Shown here in pieces: positions 1 to 8,686 of a DNA stretch of 64,000 nt. A program made the translations under genes and the position numbers. The notes below the pieces were generated by a model. That model made no database searches. It was given only the letters and a program-made list of their open reading frames with translations, and was not told the DNA's origin. How positions within the stretch are numbered: position 1 is the stretch's first letter; each line of letters opens with the position of its first letter. This stretch comes from an uncultured virus (IMG/VR IMGVR_UViG_3300042731_007181) (Duplodnaviria > Heunggongvirae > Uroviricota > Caudoviricetes), in the IMG/VR virus record IMGVR_UViG_3300042731_007181; one strand, given 5' to 3'.

Positions 1-1744
1 CACGAAGAATGGTTTCATCAATCTTTTTGTTCTCCTCAAACTTCTCTTTGTCTTTGTTGAATCGGTCCAACTTATCTTGTGCTTGGTCTTTCTTCAACTT
101 CAACGACTCCAACTGAATCTCAAACTTCTCTTTGATGAGTTTGTTTCTTTCGTATAGGTCAAAGGCTTTCTTTAGGTCCACAAAGGATTGTTCTTCCTTT
201 GTCAACTTCTCCACCTCTTTGATACTAAGTTCAACCTTCTCACTGAGTTCTTTTGACTCTTCTTTCTTTTTGTCGGCATAGTCTGACTTGGCGAGTTCTA
301 TACCACAATACTGACAGGAGAAACCTCCTTCAAAATCCTTCAATTCATCGGTGATGTCCGAGATTTTGGATTCCATCGTTCCCAACTTAACTTTCTCTTC
401 TGAAAGGAGTTCCTTCACGTTATCGTGTTGGTCCTCGTGGTAATATTCAGAAGGTTCAATAACTTCAACTTGTTTTAAGTCCAACTCCGTCAACGTGATT
501 TTTGCTTGGAAGTTTGCAATATCTTCCTTCAACGTTTCAGGTTTAACTTTTAATAACTCTTCATCCAAACCAGTATGTTTCTGTTTCAAAAGTCCGTCTC
601 GGTACTCTTGTCCCTTCTCAATTCTTTCGTTCACATCTTTGAGTTTTCCCTTCTGTTCCTTAATGTTGTCTTTTTGTCCTTTGATAAGTTCATTGTGTTC
701 TTCAATGTAACCCTTCAAAGACTCAACATCATAAAGGTTTGAGGTCATACTCTTCTGAAACTTTGAGGACATTTCCTTTGCGGTGTCTTCCTTAAGTTTC
801 AATGCGTCCAACCCTAAGAACCTTGAAAGGACCTGTCCTCTCGCTGTTGGTTTGGCATCAATCAACTCTTCCAAGTTGGTTGCCGTTGTTAAGATGGTCA
901 TCAAAAAGTCGTCCATCGTTCCGATAGACTTCTTAATGAAATCCTCCGTTTCTCTTCTCTGCTCACCAGTAAAGTTCAATAGGCTTCCGTCGGCAAGTTT
1001 TTTGAAGAACTCCAAAGAAGTGCTAACGGTGTAGTCCACTTTGTTTCTCTTCAACTTACGTGTCACCTCTCTGACGATGATATATTCTTCACCGTCAATA
1101 AGAACCTCACCCTTTACTGTGACCTTATCCTTGTTTCTAAATCTGTTAAAGATTTCTTCTGCTTTACTCGTCTTAGTAGTCTGGTTGAAGAAAAGGAAAA
1201 GAAGGAGGTCTACTGTCAGAACGGTCTTTCCTCCAAAATTGGGGGGATTGGATTCAACCGTTGAGATACCTTTGATTTTATCAAAGTCTAAAATTTGTCC
1301 ATCACCAAAAGATAAGAAGTTTGAAAACTCAATCTTCTTAATATACCACTTCTTAAATGGGGTGACCTCAGCTTTCTCAGACGCAATAGCGTTCTCAACA
1401 GCGTCATCCAAATTAAGAATGTCGTCGGCATATTCCTTCAACTTATTGTTGTCCAAAAACTTAACGATGAGTTCCTTTTGGTAGTTCTCATCCAAAATAT
1501 TCACAGATACATCAATGGACTGCAAATCACCTTCATCAGTTTTGACTTTGGTGACCACATTTACATTGGTAGAGGAATACTTCTTTTGGAAATACGTTCT
1601 AACTCTTTTGATTCTTTCTTGTGTGAAGTTTTCGGGGGTATCTTCCCACACTACTTGAATGTAAGGGTTAGTTAACTCATCAGTTTTTAGTTTGTGAGAC
1701 ATAAAGTTGTAGTTTAATTCTTTTGGTGGATTAAACAAATCCAT
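1..1744 (-). CDS. sbcC: SbcC/Rad50 (T4 gp46-like) ATPase subunit of recombination endonuclease; 3'-partial
   Basis: Absent from the ORF track because it runs off the window. Manual translation from ATG at 1744 (alternative 1702) gives 'KWYIKKIEFSNFLSFGD', a Walker A variant 'SNPPNFGGKT', coiled coil, and an in-frame zinc-hook 'CQYC' at ~305-316. Confidence 0.9.
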   Translation of the reverse strand, partial: MDLFNPPKELNYNFMSHKLKTDELTNPYIQVVWEDTPENFTQERIKRVRTYFQKKYSSTNVNVVTKVKTDEGDLQSIDVSVNILDENYQKELIVKFLDNNKLKEYADDILNLDDAVENAIASEKAEVTPFKKWYIKKIEFSNFLSFGDGQILDFDKIKGISTVESNPPNFGGKTVLTVDLLLFLFFNQTTKTSKAEEIFNRFRNKDKVTVKGEVLIDGEEYIIVREVTRKLKRNKVDYTVSTSLEFFKKLADGSLLNFTGEQRRETEDFIKKSIGTMDDFLMTILTTATNLEELIDAKPTARGQVLSRFLGLDALKLKEDTAKEMSSKFQKSMTSNLYDVESLKGYIEEHNELIKGQKDNIKEQKGKLKDVNERIEKGQEYRDGLLKQKHTGLDEELLKVKPETLKEDIANFQAKITLTELDLKQVEVIEPSEYYHEDQHDNVKELLSEEKVKLGTMESKISDITDELKDFEGGFSCQYCGIELAKSDYADKKKEESKELSEKVELSIKEVEKLTKEEQSFVDLKKAFDLYERNKLIKEKFEIQLESLKLKKDQAQDKLDRFNKDKEKFEENKKIDETILR

Positions 1745-1746
1745 TG

Positions 1747-2007
1747 TTATAGTTTGATATCCAAAGGTGTGTTTTCGTCTGCGTTTGGTAATTCTACATC
1801 ACCCATTTCAATTTTTGGTCCTTGACTTGCTCCGAGGTTCAACTCCAATCCTTCACCATCTTTGCTTCTTAGACCTTCAAGCTGAGCCATCATCTGCTCT
1901 TGCCATAGTTTCTGCATTTGGTTCATTTCACCTTTAAGACGTGTGTTTCTCGCCTGAACTCTTTTACGGTGTGCCTTTGCACCACCTCTTTTTTTTGTTC
2001 TACCCAT
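1747..2007 (-). CDS. small hypothetical protein with basic N-terminus
   Basis: 86-aa ORF packed tightly with its neighbours; K/R-rich N-terminus and acidic C-terminus. Confidence 0.65.
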   Translation of the reverse strand: MGRTKKRGGAKAHRKRVQARNTRLKGEMNQMQKLWQEQMMAQLEGLRSKDGEGLELNLGASQGPKIEMGDVELPNADENTPLDIKL

Positions 2008-2203
2008 TGTTTTCGTTTTTTCTGTTTTCTAAATAATCAATTATAAAACCAATAGCCACAAGTATATGCATTCCAAACGACATTATCAACTCGTGGATAT
2101 CATCGTATACGTTCAAACTCAAATGAACGTGTCCGACAACCCAAAATGGAATCGCCAGGTTCTGACTAATCCATACGGTGGTATATTTTAAGAAATGTTT
2201 CAT
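2000..2203 (-). CDS. small membrane protein (2 TM)
   Basis: Likely start is MKHFLKY at 2203, 1 nt after the upstream stop; two hydrophobic segments. Confidence 0.65.
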   Translation of the reverse strand: MKHFLKYTTVWISQNLAIPFWVVGHVHLSLNVYDDIHELIMSFGMHILVAIGFIIDYLENRKNENNG

Positions 2204-2204
2204 C

Positions 2205-2537
2205 TTAGTTTTTTTCGTACCATTCAATGATGGAGTTGATTCCCCATACACCTCCTGACGCTAACATCCCATCAAAGAAGATTGCGGGTACTGTTGGTAT
2301 TCCCATCTCAACACCCCAAATGGAGTAGATGAAGGCTCCCATAAAGAAACCCACCCATGTTGAACAACACATCATACAGGAAACGATTCCGTGGATGAAG
2401 TTGAACAATGGTGATAAGACAGGAATACGTGAGTTACCCATTTTCTCAATGGTGTCACGTGTTGATTTGAAGATGGAACCATAGACGATAATCTGTGTCA
2501 TTCCATATGCGGCGATTAACCATAGTGCTAAAATCAT
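2205..2537 (-). CDS. membrane protein, DUF1360-like
   Basis: Three hydrophobic helices and a 'SCMMCCSTWVGF' (CxxCxSxW) motif; ATGA overlap with the upstream gene. Confidence 0.65.
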   Translation of the reverse strand: MILALWLIAAYGMTQIIVYGSIFKSTRDTIEKMGNSRIPVLSPLFNFIHGIVSCMMCCSTWVGFFMGAFIYSIWGVEMGIPTVPAIFFDGMLASGGVWGINSIIEWYEKN

Positions 2538-3460
2538 AATTCTCTATTTAAGTTTGTTGATGACAAGAATGTCGCTGTTTGATTTTTGAACTCCTTATCT
2601 AATTCTAACATAATTTGTTCATATTGTGAAATGGATTTATCCTTTTCTCTAATTTCTTCTTTAAGTTTTTGAATGGTGTTCTGTAGTCCTTTAAGTTTTT
2701 CTGGTGACCCTTGGGTTTTTACCTCCTTAATCACTTCAACTTCTTTGACCACCTCAACAGGAACCTCTTTGATGACCTCTATTTCTTTTATTACCTCGAC
2801 TTCCTTAATAACTTCTTTAGGTTTCTCCTCCAAAAGAACTTCCAATCCAGCGAGTGTCTTCTCCAATTTTTTCTTCTCATTATTTGCATTCTTTAACTTC
2901 GTACTGTATGTTTTGTTGGACTTTTCCAACTTGGTGATTTTATTGCCGAGTTCCTGAACCTGTTCATCATCGGTGATGTATACTTCTTTGGTGACGACTT
3001 TCTCCACAGGTTTTTCAACCTCCACAATCTTCTCCACCTCAACGATGACTTCTTTCTCAACCTCTTTGATTACTTCAACAGGCACCTCTTTAATCACCTC
3101 TTTCTCTACTTCCTTAATGACTTCCACTGGGACCTCTTTGATGACCTCCTTCTCAACAGGAATATTTTTGGTGATGATTTTCTCCACCTCTTTGATGACT
3201 TCAACGGGTACTTCTTTGATGACCTCTTTCTCCACCACCTTTTCAACGGGAACCTCAACTCTTACCTCTTTGATGACTTCCTTTTCTACGACCTTAACAC
3301 CATCAGCGTTCAACAGACCGTATTTCTCAATCTGATAACCCTGAGAAAAACAATCCTTAACAAACTCGTCCATATCAAGCTCATTAAGTTTACAGAACGC
3401 TTTGATGTCCTTAAGTTCTGAGGAAGAAAAGTTAATAGTTGGTGAGTTGTTCTGTGCCAT
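2534..3460 (-). CDS. VEKEVIKEVPV-repeat (articulin/alveolin-like) coiled-coil protein
   Basis: Many V/I-E/K-K-E-V(-P-V) repeats and a C-terminal heptad coiled coil. Confidence 0.8.
   Translation of the reverse strand: MAQNNSPTINFSSSELKDIKAFCKLNELDMDEFVKDCFSQGYQIEKYGLLNADGVKVVEKEVIKEVRVEVPVEKVVEKEVIKEVPVEVIKEVEKIITKNIPVEKEVIKEVPVEVIKEVEKEVIKEVPVEVIKEVEKEVIVEVEKIVEVEKPVEKVVTKEVYITDDEQVQELGNKITKLEKSNKTYSTKLKNANNEKKKLEKTLAGLEVLLEEKPKEVIKEVEVIKEIEVIKEVPVEVVKEVEVIKEVKTQGSPEKLKGLQNTIQKLKEEIREKDKSISQYEQIMLELDKEFKNQTATFLSSTNLNREL
2720..3290 (-). repeat. degenerate coding tandem repeats (EVIKEVPV / EKEV)
   Basis: Recurring acctcttt/gatgac units on the + strand, forming two repeat blocks in the protein. 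Confidence 0.8.
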
Positions 3461-4214
3461 GTTCTAAGTCTTCAATGTCTGTGATTTTGAAACTCAAGAA
3501 CGGTCTTGGGTTTGATAAATCAACGAAGGAGTAGTCGTCCTCCTCTATATTATAAATACCAAAACCGTGTTTAGTCACCGACTCCCCAAAGTTTTGTTGA
3601 ATGGTAGAACCCACCATATATGCTTTCTTATCATCAGGTATATCAATGACCTGACGTTTGTGGATGTCACCACATAAGACCACATCCAACCCTCTGAAGT
3701 TCTCCAACTCATACGCGTGGTCACCGAAGTCAAAACCAGTGTCTGTGGTCAACCCTTGGATTGGGTCGTGGAATAAACCAATCTTAAACCCTTCAGCGTC
3801 AGAGATATCAGGTTTGATATTCCCTTGAAATTGTGAGTATACACACCAACTGACGTTCTCATCTTCATACACCCCTCTGTCTCTATAGTAGACAATCTCA
3901 GGGTTCTTCAATGAGTCAATGATGGGTGTCAACGCGTCCAAACGATTAAGGTTGTTGTTAAGGAAGTCGTGGTTACCAGGGATAAGGACCGTCTTTGCAA
4001 TCTTGGTACACTCTGTTAGTGTCCACGCCACAATCTCAATAAGTTCAGGGGTCATCTGATTTTTACTGTGAACCAAATCACCAGTGAACACAATACGGTC
4101 AGGACCAATCTCCTTAAACTTCTCCAACATCTCCGTCAGAATCTGTCTATATAAGTCGTGGTCCTTGAATAGTCTTAAGTGTAAATCTGAAAAGTGAACT
4201 AACTTATTTATCAT
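3432..4214 (-). CDS. sbcD: SbcD/Mre11 (T4 gp47-like) metallophosphoesterase nuclease
   Basis: Motifs SDLH, TGDLVH, PGNHD, FHD and GDIH; lies near the SbcC gene. Confidence 0.9.
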   Translation of the reverse strand: MINKLVHFSDLHLRLFKDHDLYRQILTEMLEKFKEIGPDRIVFTGDLVHSKNQMTPELIEIVAWTLTECTKIAKTVLIPGNHDFLNNNLNRLDALTPIIDSLKNPEIVYYRDRGVYEDENVSWCVYSQFQGNIKPDISDAEGFKIGLFHDPIQGLTTDTGFDFGDHAYELENFRGLDVVLCGDIHKRQVIDIPDDKKAYMVGSTIQQNFGESVTKHGFGIYNIEEDDYSFVDLSNPRPFLSFKITDIEDLEHGTEQLTNY

Positions 4215-4555
4215 CGAATTGATTTGAATTTACCGTGAATATAGTAGTTGAATCGTTCCCAAGCATTTAGTTTAGAACCCCATAACTTGCGGTCACTCAT
4301 ATCAATACACCAATTGTCCCATTTCTCATATAAGAAGAATACATCAATAACCAACTCGCCAGCGTGTGTTACCGTTGGGAATGACCATGTAATCTCAAAT
4401 AAGGAACCCTCCCATTGAATACCTTTATCAATATTCAATAGTTTGAAACCAAACTTGTTATGGTCTCCACCCAAATAGACGGTGAATAAACTAATCTTGG
4501 TGTCCCAACGATGGGTCTTCCAAGCCATCTTCTGAAGTAGTTTTCTTATTTTCAT
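4211..4555 (-). CDS. hypothetical protein (Trp-rich)
   Basis: Likely ATG start MKIRKLL at 4555 rather than TTG at 4618; ATGA overlap with sbcD. Confidence 0.6.
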   Translation of the reverse strand: MKIRKLLQKMAWKTHRWDTKISLFTVYLGGDHNKFGFKLLNIDKGIQWEGSLFEITWSFPTVTHAGELVIDVFFLYEKWDNWCIDMSDRKLWGSKLNAWERFNYYIHGKFKSIR

Positions 4556-4628
4556 TTTCTTCTGTTTTACTATTCCACATTTCGTCCCAAAAATAGAACT
4601 GTTCTTTCTTCTGTCCAAAGTTACTCAT
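4491..4628 (-). CDS. small acidic hypothetical protein (45 aa), not in ORF track
   Basis: MSNFGQKKEQFYFWDEMWNSKTEENENKKTTSEDGLEDPSLGHQD*; its ATG overlaps the stop of the upstream gene and it fills the 4556-4620 gap. Confidence 0.45.
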   Translation of the reverse strand: MSNFGQKKEQFYFWDEMWNSKTEENENKKTTSEDGLEDPSLGHQD

Positions 4629-4845
4629 CTCCGACAATGTCAAATTCTTCGTTCATGTGTCCACACTTTGCACACACATAAGTTTCCATAGGTACCAGTT
4701 GGTCCTCAGGAGACCCAGTTAACAATTTACTAATTTTTTTTATAATTGTCACCTTTTCGAAGAAAATATTTTCACATTTCTCACATTCAACATTCGGTGA
4801 ATCCATTACGTTCACCTGAATCTTCTTTCCTCCACTTAAATCCAT
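4621..4845 (-). CDS. zinc-ribbon protein
   Basis: CEKC...CAKC pair. Confidence 0.75.
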   Translation of the reverse strand: MDLSGGKKIQVNVMDSPNVECEKCENIFFEKVTIIKKISKLLTGSPEDQLVPMETYVCAKCGHMNEEFDIVGDE

Positions 4846-4858
4846 TTTTAATTGGCAT

Positions 4859-5488
4859 TTATCTTTTTAATTGGCAGAACGACACAATAATGTATCTCTG
4901 ACCTGTTAATACGGGTAATCCCCCGTGACGATGAGTTATCTGTCCAGGGTGAACAGATATGTTACCCTTCAGTCCTTTGAGTGAGGTCTGTTGGTTGGGG
5001 AAATACGTCCCCCCACCAGTAAAGTCCTCAGTATTTAATGTTACCACCACCGTTATCTGACTCATATCGTGGTGTAACCCCAAGTGATATTGAGCATAAG
5101 GATGGTAACGGGCAATAAAGTTTTCCGAATGTAAGTCTACCCAATCATCTTCTTCGAGTTTGTATAAGTACTTAGCCATCGGCCATACATATTCTCTGAG
5201 AATTGCTTCATAAGTTTCTTGGAGACCCAAAGTCTCCATAACCATATCTGTGGTCGGATAACTCTCATGACGGTCCACTGTCCAACAATTACACGCTTCG
5301 GCTTCTTGAATGATGTAATCACAAAACAGGTCAGTGAAGCATGGAATAGTATAGATATTAGGTAATTCTTCTTGAGCATAAAGGTCCCACTTATATCCCG
5401 TAATTTCAGGACGTAAAAACTTTTCCTTCCACCCGTCAGGGTCGGTAAAGTAAGTATATAGTTCTGGATGTACTTTACCCTCTTGCAT
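4859..5488 (-). CDS. 2OG-Fe(II) dioxygenase, PLOD/lysyl-hydroxylase catalytic-domain-like
   Basis: IYTIPCFTDLFCD, YPTTD, NFIARY, LHHD, DFTGGG, HPGQITHRHGGLP and RYIIVSF match the PLOD C-terminal domain; likely start is MQEGK at 5488. Confidence 0.88.
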   Translation of the reverse strand: MQEGKVHPELYTYFTDPDGWKEKFLRPEITGYKWDLYAQEELPNIYTIPCFTDLFCDYIIQEAEACNCWTVDRHESYPTTDMVMETLGLQETYEAILREYVWPMAKYLYKLEEDDWVDLHSENFIARYHPYAQYHLGLHHDMSQITVVVTLNTEDFTGGGTYFPNQQTSLKGLKGNISVHPGQITHRHGGLPVLTGQRYIIVSFCQLKR

Positions 5489-5639
5489 CTTCTTCACCTG
5501 ATTGTCTTGCGAGTTTAATACCGTACCCAATCATTATACCACCAATAAATGATGACCATAACCACGGGTATGAAGCCATGAATATTCCCAACATTGCGAA
5601 GATTATCGCATGCCCATATTTACTTATTCTTATCTTCAT
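5475..5639 (-). CDS. 54-aa two-TM membrane protein, not in ORF track
   Basis: MKIRISKYGHAIIFAMLGIFMASYPWLWSSFIGGIMIGYGIKLARQSGEEDARG*; overlaps both flanking hydroxylase genes. Confidence 0.6.
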   Translation of the reverse strand: MKIRISKYGHAIIFAMLGIFMASYPWLWSSFIGGIMIGYGIKLARQSGEEDARG

Positions 5640-6231
5640 TACAGTAATTAATCATATATTTTATGTTACCATTCTTAACCATCCTCACACCATATCTATG
5701 TGTTATCTGACCAGGGAATATATACATATGTCCTTGTTTGGGTTTGATAGAACATTGATATTTCTCGAAATATAGTTCTCCACCATTTTCTTCGTTTTTA
5801 TCAAACTTAATAAGTTTTGTAATATTCACAAAGTCATGATGTAATCGAATATCATCTCCCTCTTCTAAAGTTAGTAACTCACTCTTAACATCCATTTGTC
5901 GAAATCCACGACCAGCAACACCCCAATAGTGATGCATCATCTCAAAACCATACTCCTCAATCACATCATAATAATCTTGATAGAAAGGATGACCGTTGAA
6001 CTCATAGGTTTTCAACCTTGAACCCCACTTGTTACTAACCATAATGTCTTCATCTTTGGTATTCTCCAAAAACTTGTCACAAAACTCTTCAGTAAAAAAA
6101 GGAATCTCCAATACATCAGTACATGGATTAGTAATCATAAGGTCCCATTCTTTGGAAATTGCCTCTTTTCTCATACAGAGTCTCTTCCATGCATCTACAT
6201 CAGTAAAGTCAAAAATCTCAGGGTATCTCAT
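5620..6231 (-). CDS. 2OG-Fe(II) dioxygenase, divergent PLOD-like paralog
   Basis: EIPFFTEEFCD, RLHHD, GGELYF and FPGQITHRYG; the HxD...H triad is retained. Confidence 0.8.
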   Translation of the reverse strand: MRYPEIFDFTDVDAWKRLCMRKEAISKEWDLMITNPCTDVLEIPFFTEEFCDKFLENTKDEDIMVSNKWGSRLKTYEFNGHPFYQDYYDVIEEYGFEMMHHYWGVAGRGFRQMDVKSELLTLEEGDDIRLHHDFVNITKLIKFDKNEENGGELYFEKYQCSIKPKQGHMYIFPGQITHRYGVRMVKNGNIKYMINYCNEDKNK

Positions 6232-6236
6232 AACAG

Positions 6237-6268
6237 ATTAAAAATAAGTTATTCTTATTATTTATCAA
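6237..6268 (-). promoter_or_regulatory. putative host-sigma (early/middle) promoter TTGATA-16-TATTTT(TAAT)
   Basis: Same spacing as the motifs at 8053-8080 and 30044-30075; ends 5 nt before the ATG. Confidence 0.45.
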
Positions 6269-7115
6269 GATATTCACTCATATCCATTTCCATCACTCTT
6301 TCAATGACAGACTTAGGGACTCTGAACTCTTTATACTCAGAATCTTTGGTAACCAACACCACAATACATCCCATCAACTTCAGGTCCTCGTATTTGGTCC
6401 CTTCCAACATCTTTAACAACAGTTTACCGTAAAAAGGTAATTGGAGGTAGTAGTGACCCAAAGAGTTGTCTGGTAGGTCTTGGAATGGTTCTTTCATTGG
6501 TGTGGTCCACTTATTGGTCTCAAAGTTCTTAGGTTTGTTGGTCTTCCAATCGGTAATGACCATACCAAACCCAGTCTTCTCTTTGTTCATCACCAACCAC
6601 ACCTTATCAGGTTGACCAGTATATCCCAAATCAGGGTGACCTAAGACCATCTCCGTATCCAATAATACCGCGTCTCTTTCTTCCATCAACCTGATGAACT
6701 TCTCACCCGCGTTAATCATTGAATTGGACTTCATTTCTTGTTCCAAATCAACTTCAAAGATAGGTTCACGAACATCCTTATAATCACCGTTCTGTTCAAT
6801 GATTTTCTTCTCCAATATGTAGTGAACACGTGACCCCATGTTAGTCGCGTAACTACCAGCAGCAGACCACTCGTCCAATAGACGTTGCATCTCCACTCTA
6901 TCTCCCTTAGCCTTCTTATAAGCAATCTCCTCAGCAGGGAATGGCTCATAAAACAATTTCAATAACTTTGAAACTGACGGCCAGTCTTTACGTGTCTCAC
7001 CATTGTGGTCCCTCATAAAGTAGGTGTGGGTTTCCTCAATGAAGGATAAGTTTAATTCTTCCTTCTTCTCTTCAACCACTTCTCTGATTTCCTCAGCAAT
7101 CTTTTTTAATTCCAT
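6258..7115 (-). CDS. PD-(D/E)XK exonuclease (Cas4/YqaJ-like phage nuclease)
   Basis: HTY...PSVSKLL, GSRVH, GQPD, DWKT and QLPFY motifs. Confidence 0.85.
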   Translation of the reverse strand: MELKKIAEEIREVVEEKKEELNLSFIEETHTYFMRDHNGETRKDWPSVSKLLKLFYEPFPAEEIAYKKAKGDRVEMQRLLDEWSAAGSYATNMGSRVHYILEKKIIEQNGDYKDVREPIFEVDLEQEMKSNSMINAGEKFIRLMEERDAVLLDTEMVLGHPDLGYTGQPDKVWLVMNKEKTGFGMVITDWKTNKPKNFETNKWTTPMKEPFQDLPDNSLGHYYLQLPFYGKLLLKMLEGTKYEDLKLMGCIVVLVTKDSEYKEFRVPKSVIERVMEMDMSEYLDK

Positions 7116-7118
7116 ATT

Positions 7119-8045
7119 CTATTTCTCTAATGTGACGAACGCATCCTCAGGTATTTGTCCTCTTAAGTCACCCAAATCCTTATCGTCGGGCAACCTTACA
7201 ATATCTATACGTCCGTATAATTTTCCACCACTTAATTTATAATATATTTTCTTGGCATCTTCCCACGCATCCCCATCCAAACAGATGATGATACGACCCT
7301 TTGCATTATCATATAAAGTCTCCCATAACATATCAGATAAAAACTTACCCAATAGTGGTATTGAGTTAGGAACAAAGAACCCATCAAAGACCCCTTCTAC
7401 CAAATAGATGTCCTCTTCCCAGTTGATTCTACTCTCGTTGAAGATAAGTAATTCTTTGGGTGCGACAGGGTTTTTGTATTTGAATTTTGAGTATTTATCC
7501 CAACTCCTTGAAACAAAGTAATTTAGTTCCCCTTCTTTATCATACGATGGAACGATGATACGACCTGCGTATTCACCCTCCAAAGCAAATCCAATGTCGT
7601 ACCTTTCAATCATCTCATCGGTGATACCACGTCTTTTGAGGTAATTGTAAGCTTGAGCTCGTGGGGGATAGATGGCACTAACTTCATCAAACTTCTTATA
7701 CTCTCTCGGGATTCTTAGTTTCTTATATTCCTTCTCTTTCTTTTCAAAGTCATCAGGACGAACCAAATTGTAGAACTCTTTATCTTTCTTGTTACCATAC
7801 TGGTCAATAAGACGACCCAAGTGTCCGTGAGTCCCATGTGTCTCAGCACAAGCCCAACATTTATATACGTGCTGTCCGTAGTTGATTTCAAGGTTTCCCT
7901 TACCATCACCTTTATCCATTCCCTTAATATCATGTGAACATACAGGACAGTCAAAGGATATCTGTCCAGTGACCTCATTATGTTTACGGGGTTCACCGAA
8001 GATACCTTCAACCAAATCTAATACTAAGGATTCATCTCTCTCCAT
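7119..8045 (-). CDS. dnaG: DNA primase (Zn finger + TOPRIM)
   Basis: CPVC...CWAC zinc finger, YLKRRGI, RIIVP, KYKNP, YLVEGVFD, CLDGDA and KDLGD. Confidence 0.92.
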   Translation of the reverse strand: MERDESLVLDLVEGIFGEPRKHNEVTGQISFDCPVCSHDIKGMDKGDGKGNLEINYGQHVYKCWACAETHGTHGHLGRLIDQYGNKKDKEFYNLVRPDDFEKKEKEYKKLRIPREYKKFDEVSAIYPPRAQAYNYLKRRGITDEMIERYDIGFALEGEYAGRIIVPSYDKEGELNYFVSRSWDKYSKFKYKNPVAPKELLIFNESRINWEEDIYLVEGVFDGFFVPNSIPLLGKFLSDMLWETLYDNAKGRIIICLDGDAWEDAKKIYYKLSGGKLYGRIDIVRLPDDKDLGDLRGQIPEDAFVTLEK

Positions 8046-8050
8046 CAGAG

Positions 8051-8081
8051 TAAAGATAAGAAAATAATTTTACCTGTCAAA
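8051..8081 (-). promoter_or_regulatory. putative promoter TTGACA-16-TATCTT, also readable as Bacteroidota-type TTTG-19-TATCTTTA
   Basis: The minus strand reads TTTGACAGGTAAAATTATTTTCTTATCTTTACTCTG-ATG upstream of the primase. Confidence 0.6.
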
Positions 8082-8681
8082 TTACCAAAGACCCTGTTGT
8101 TTCATATAACCTTGAACACAGGTGTAAGAATCTGCTTGGTCAAAACACTCCTTCTTCAAAGTGTTGTTTCTGGTGTATAACCAGACAATCTGTGGTTCCG
8201 CTTCAGAAACCTTCCTCCAAATCAATTCTTTCTTGTCAATATCTTTTGGAAGACCACCAAACAATACTTGTTTACCTTTACCATTGTCTTGAACCAACTC
8301 AGGCCAAGCAAACTTTCTTGAATTGTATGTTGAAATGTAATTAGGTACAATACCTAAAATATCGTAGATAGACTTTGTAATCATTGAGTTGTATCTCAAC
8401 AATGTACCAACAGTCCATACGTTGTTTGATGTCAATAACGGCTCTTCAATAATAACCTTTGTAATACCAATGTCTTTGTATTCTCTGAGTTTCTCCTCAA
8501 ACGCATCTACCTTACCCAATAACTCTTCAATCTTATCTTCAGGTTTTGGTTTGATTACTGGTGATACATGGGTCAATTCCAACAACTTTTGTGTTTGAAT
8601 GTCAAATAGTGACCAACCAATAGTTTTGGTTGAAATGTCTAACCCCAATACCTTTGGAGTATTCTTCAAATTGTTTCTCAT
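8082..8681 (-). CDS. ruvC: RuvC-like Holliday junction resolvase
   Basis: VLGLDIS, VIIEEP and DQADS acidic motifs. Confidence 0.85.
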   Translation of the reverse strand: MRNNLKNTPKVLGLDISTKTIGWSLFDIQTQKLLELTHVSPVIKPKPEDKIEELLGKVDAFEEKLREYKDIGITKVIIEEPLLTSNNVWTVGTLLRYNSMITKSIYDILGIVPNYISTYNSRKFAWPELVQDNGKGKQVLFGGLPKDIDKKELIWRKVSEAEPQIVWLYTRNNTLKKECFDQADSYTCVQGYMKQQGLW

Positions 8682-8686
8682 ATTTC

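Noticed and set aside
495..1675. + strand ORFs in the track
   Set aside because: They are antisense to the real SbcC gene on the - strand.
6258..7115. Cas4 / CRISPR-Cas component
   Set aside because: It lacks the four-Cys Fe-S motif and there are no cas genes or array; it fits an ordinary phage PD-(D/E)XK nuclease.
8082..8681. TnpB/Cas12-like RuvC nuclease
   Set aside because: Only 199 aa with no Zn finger or REC region; it fits a stand-alone resolvase.
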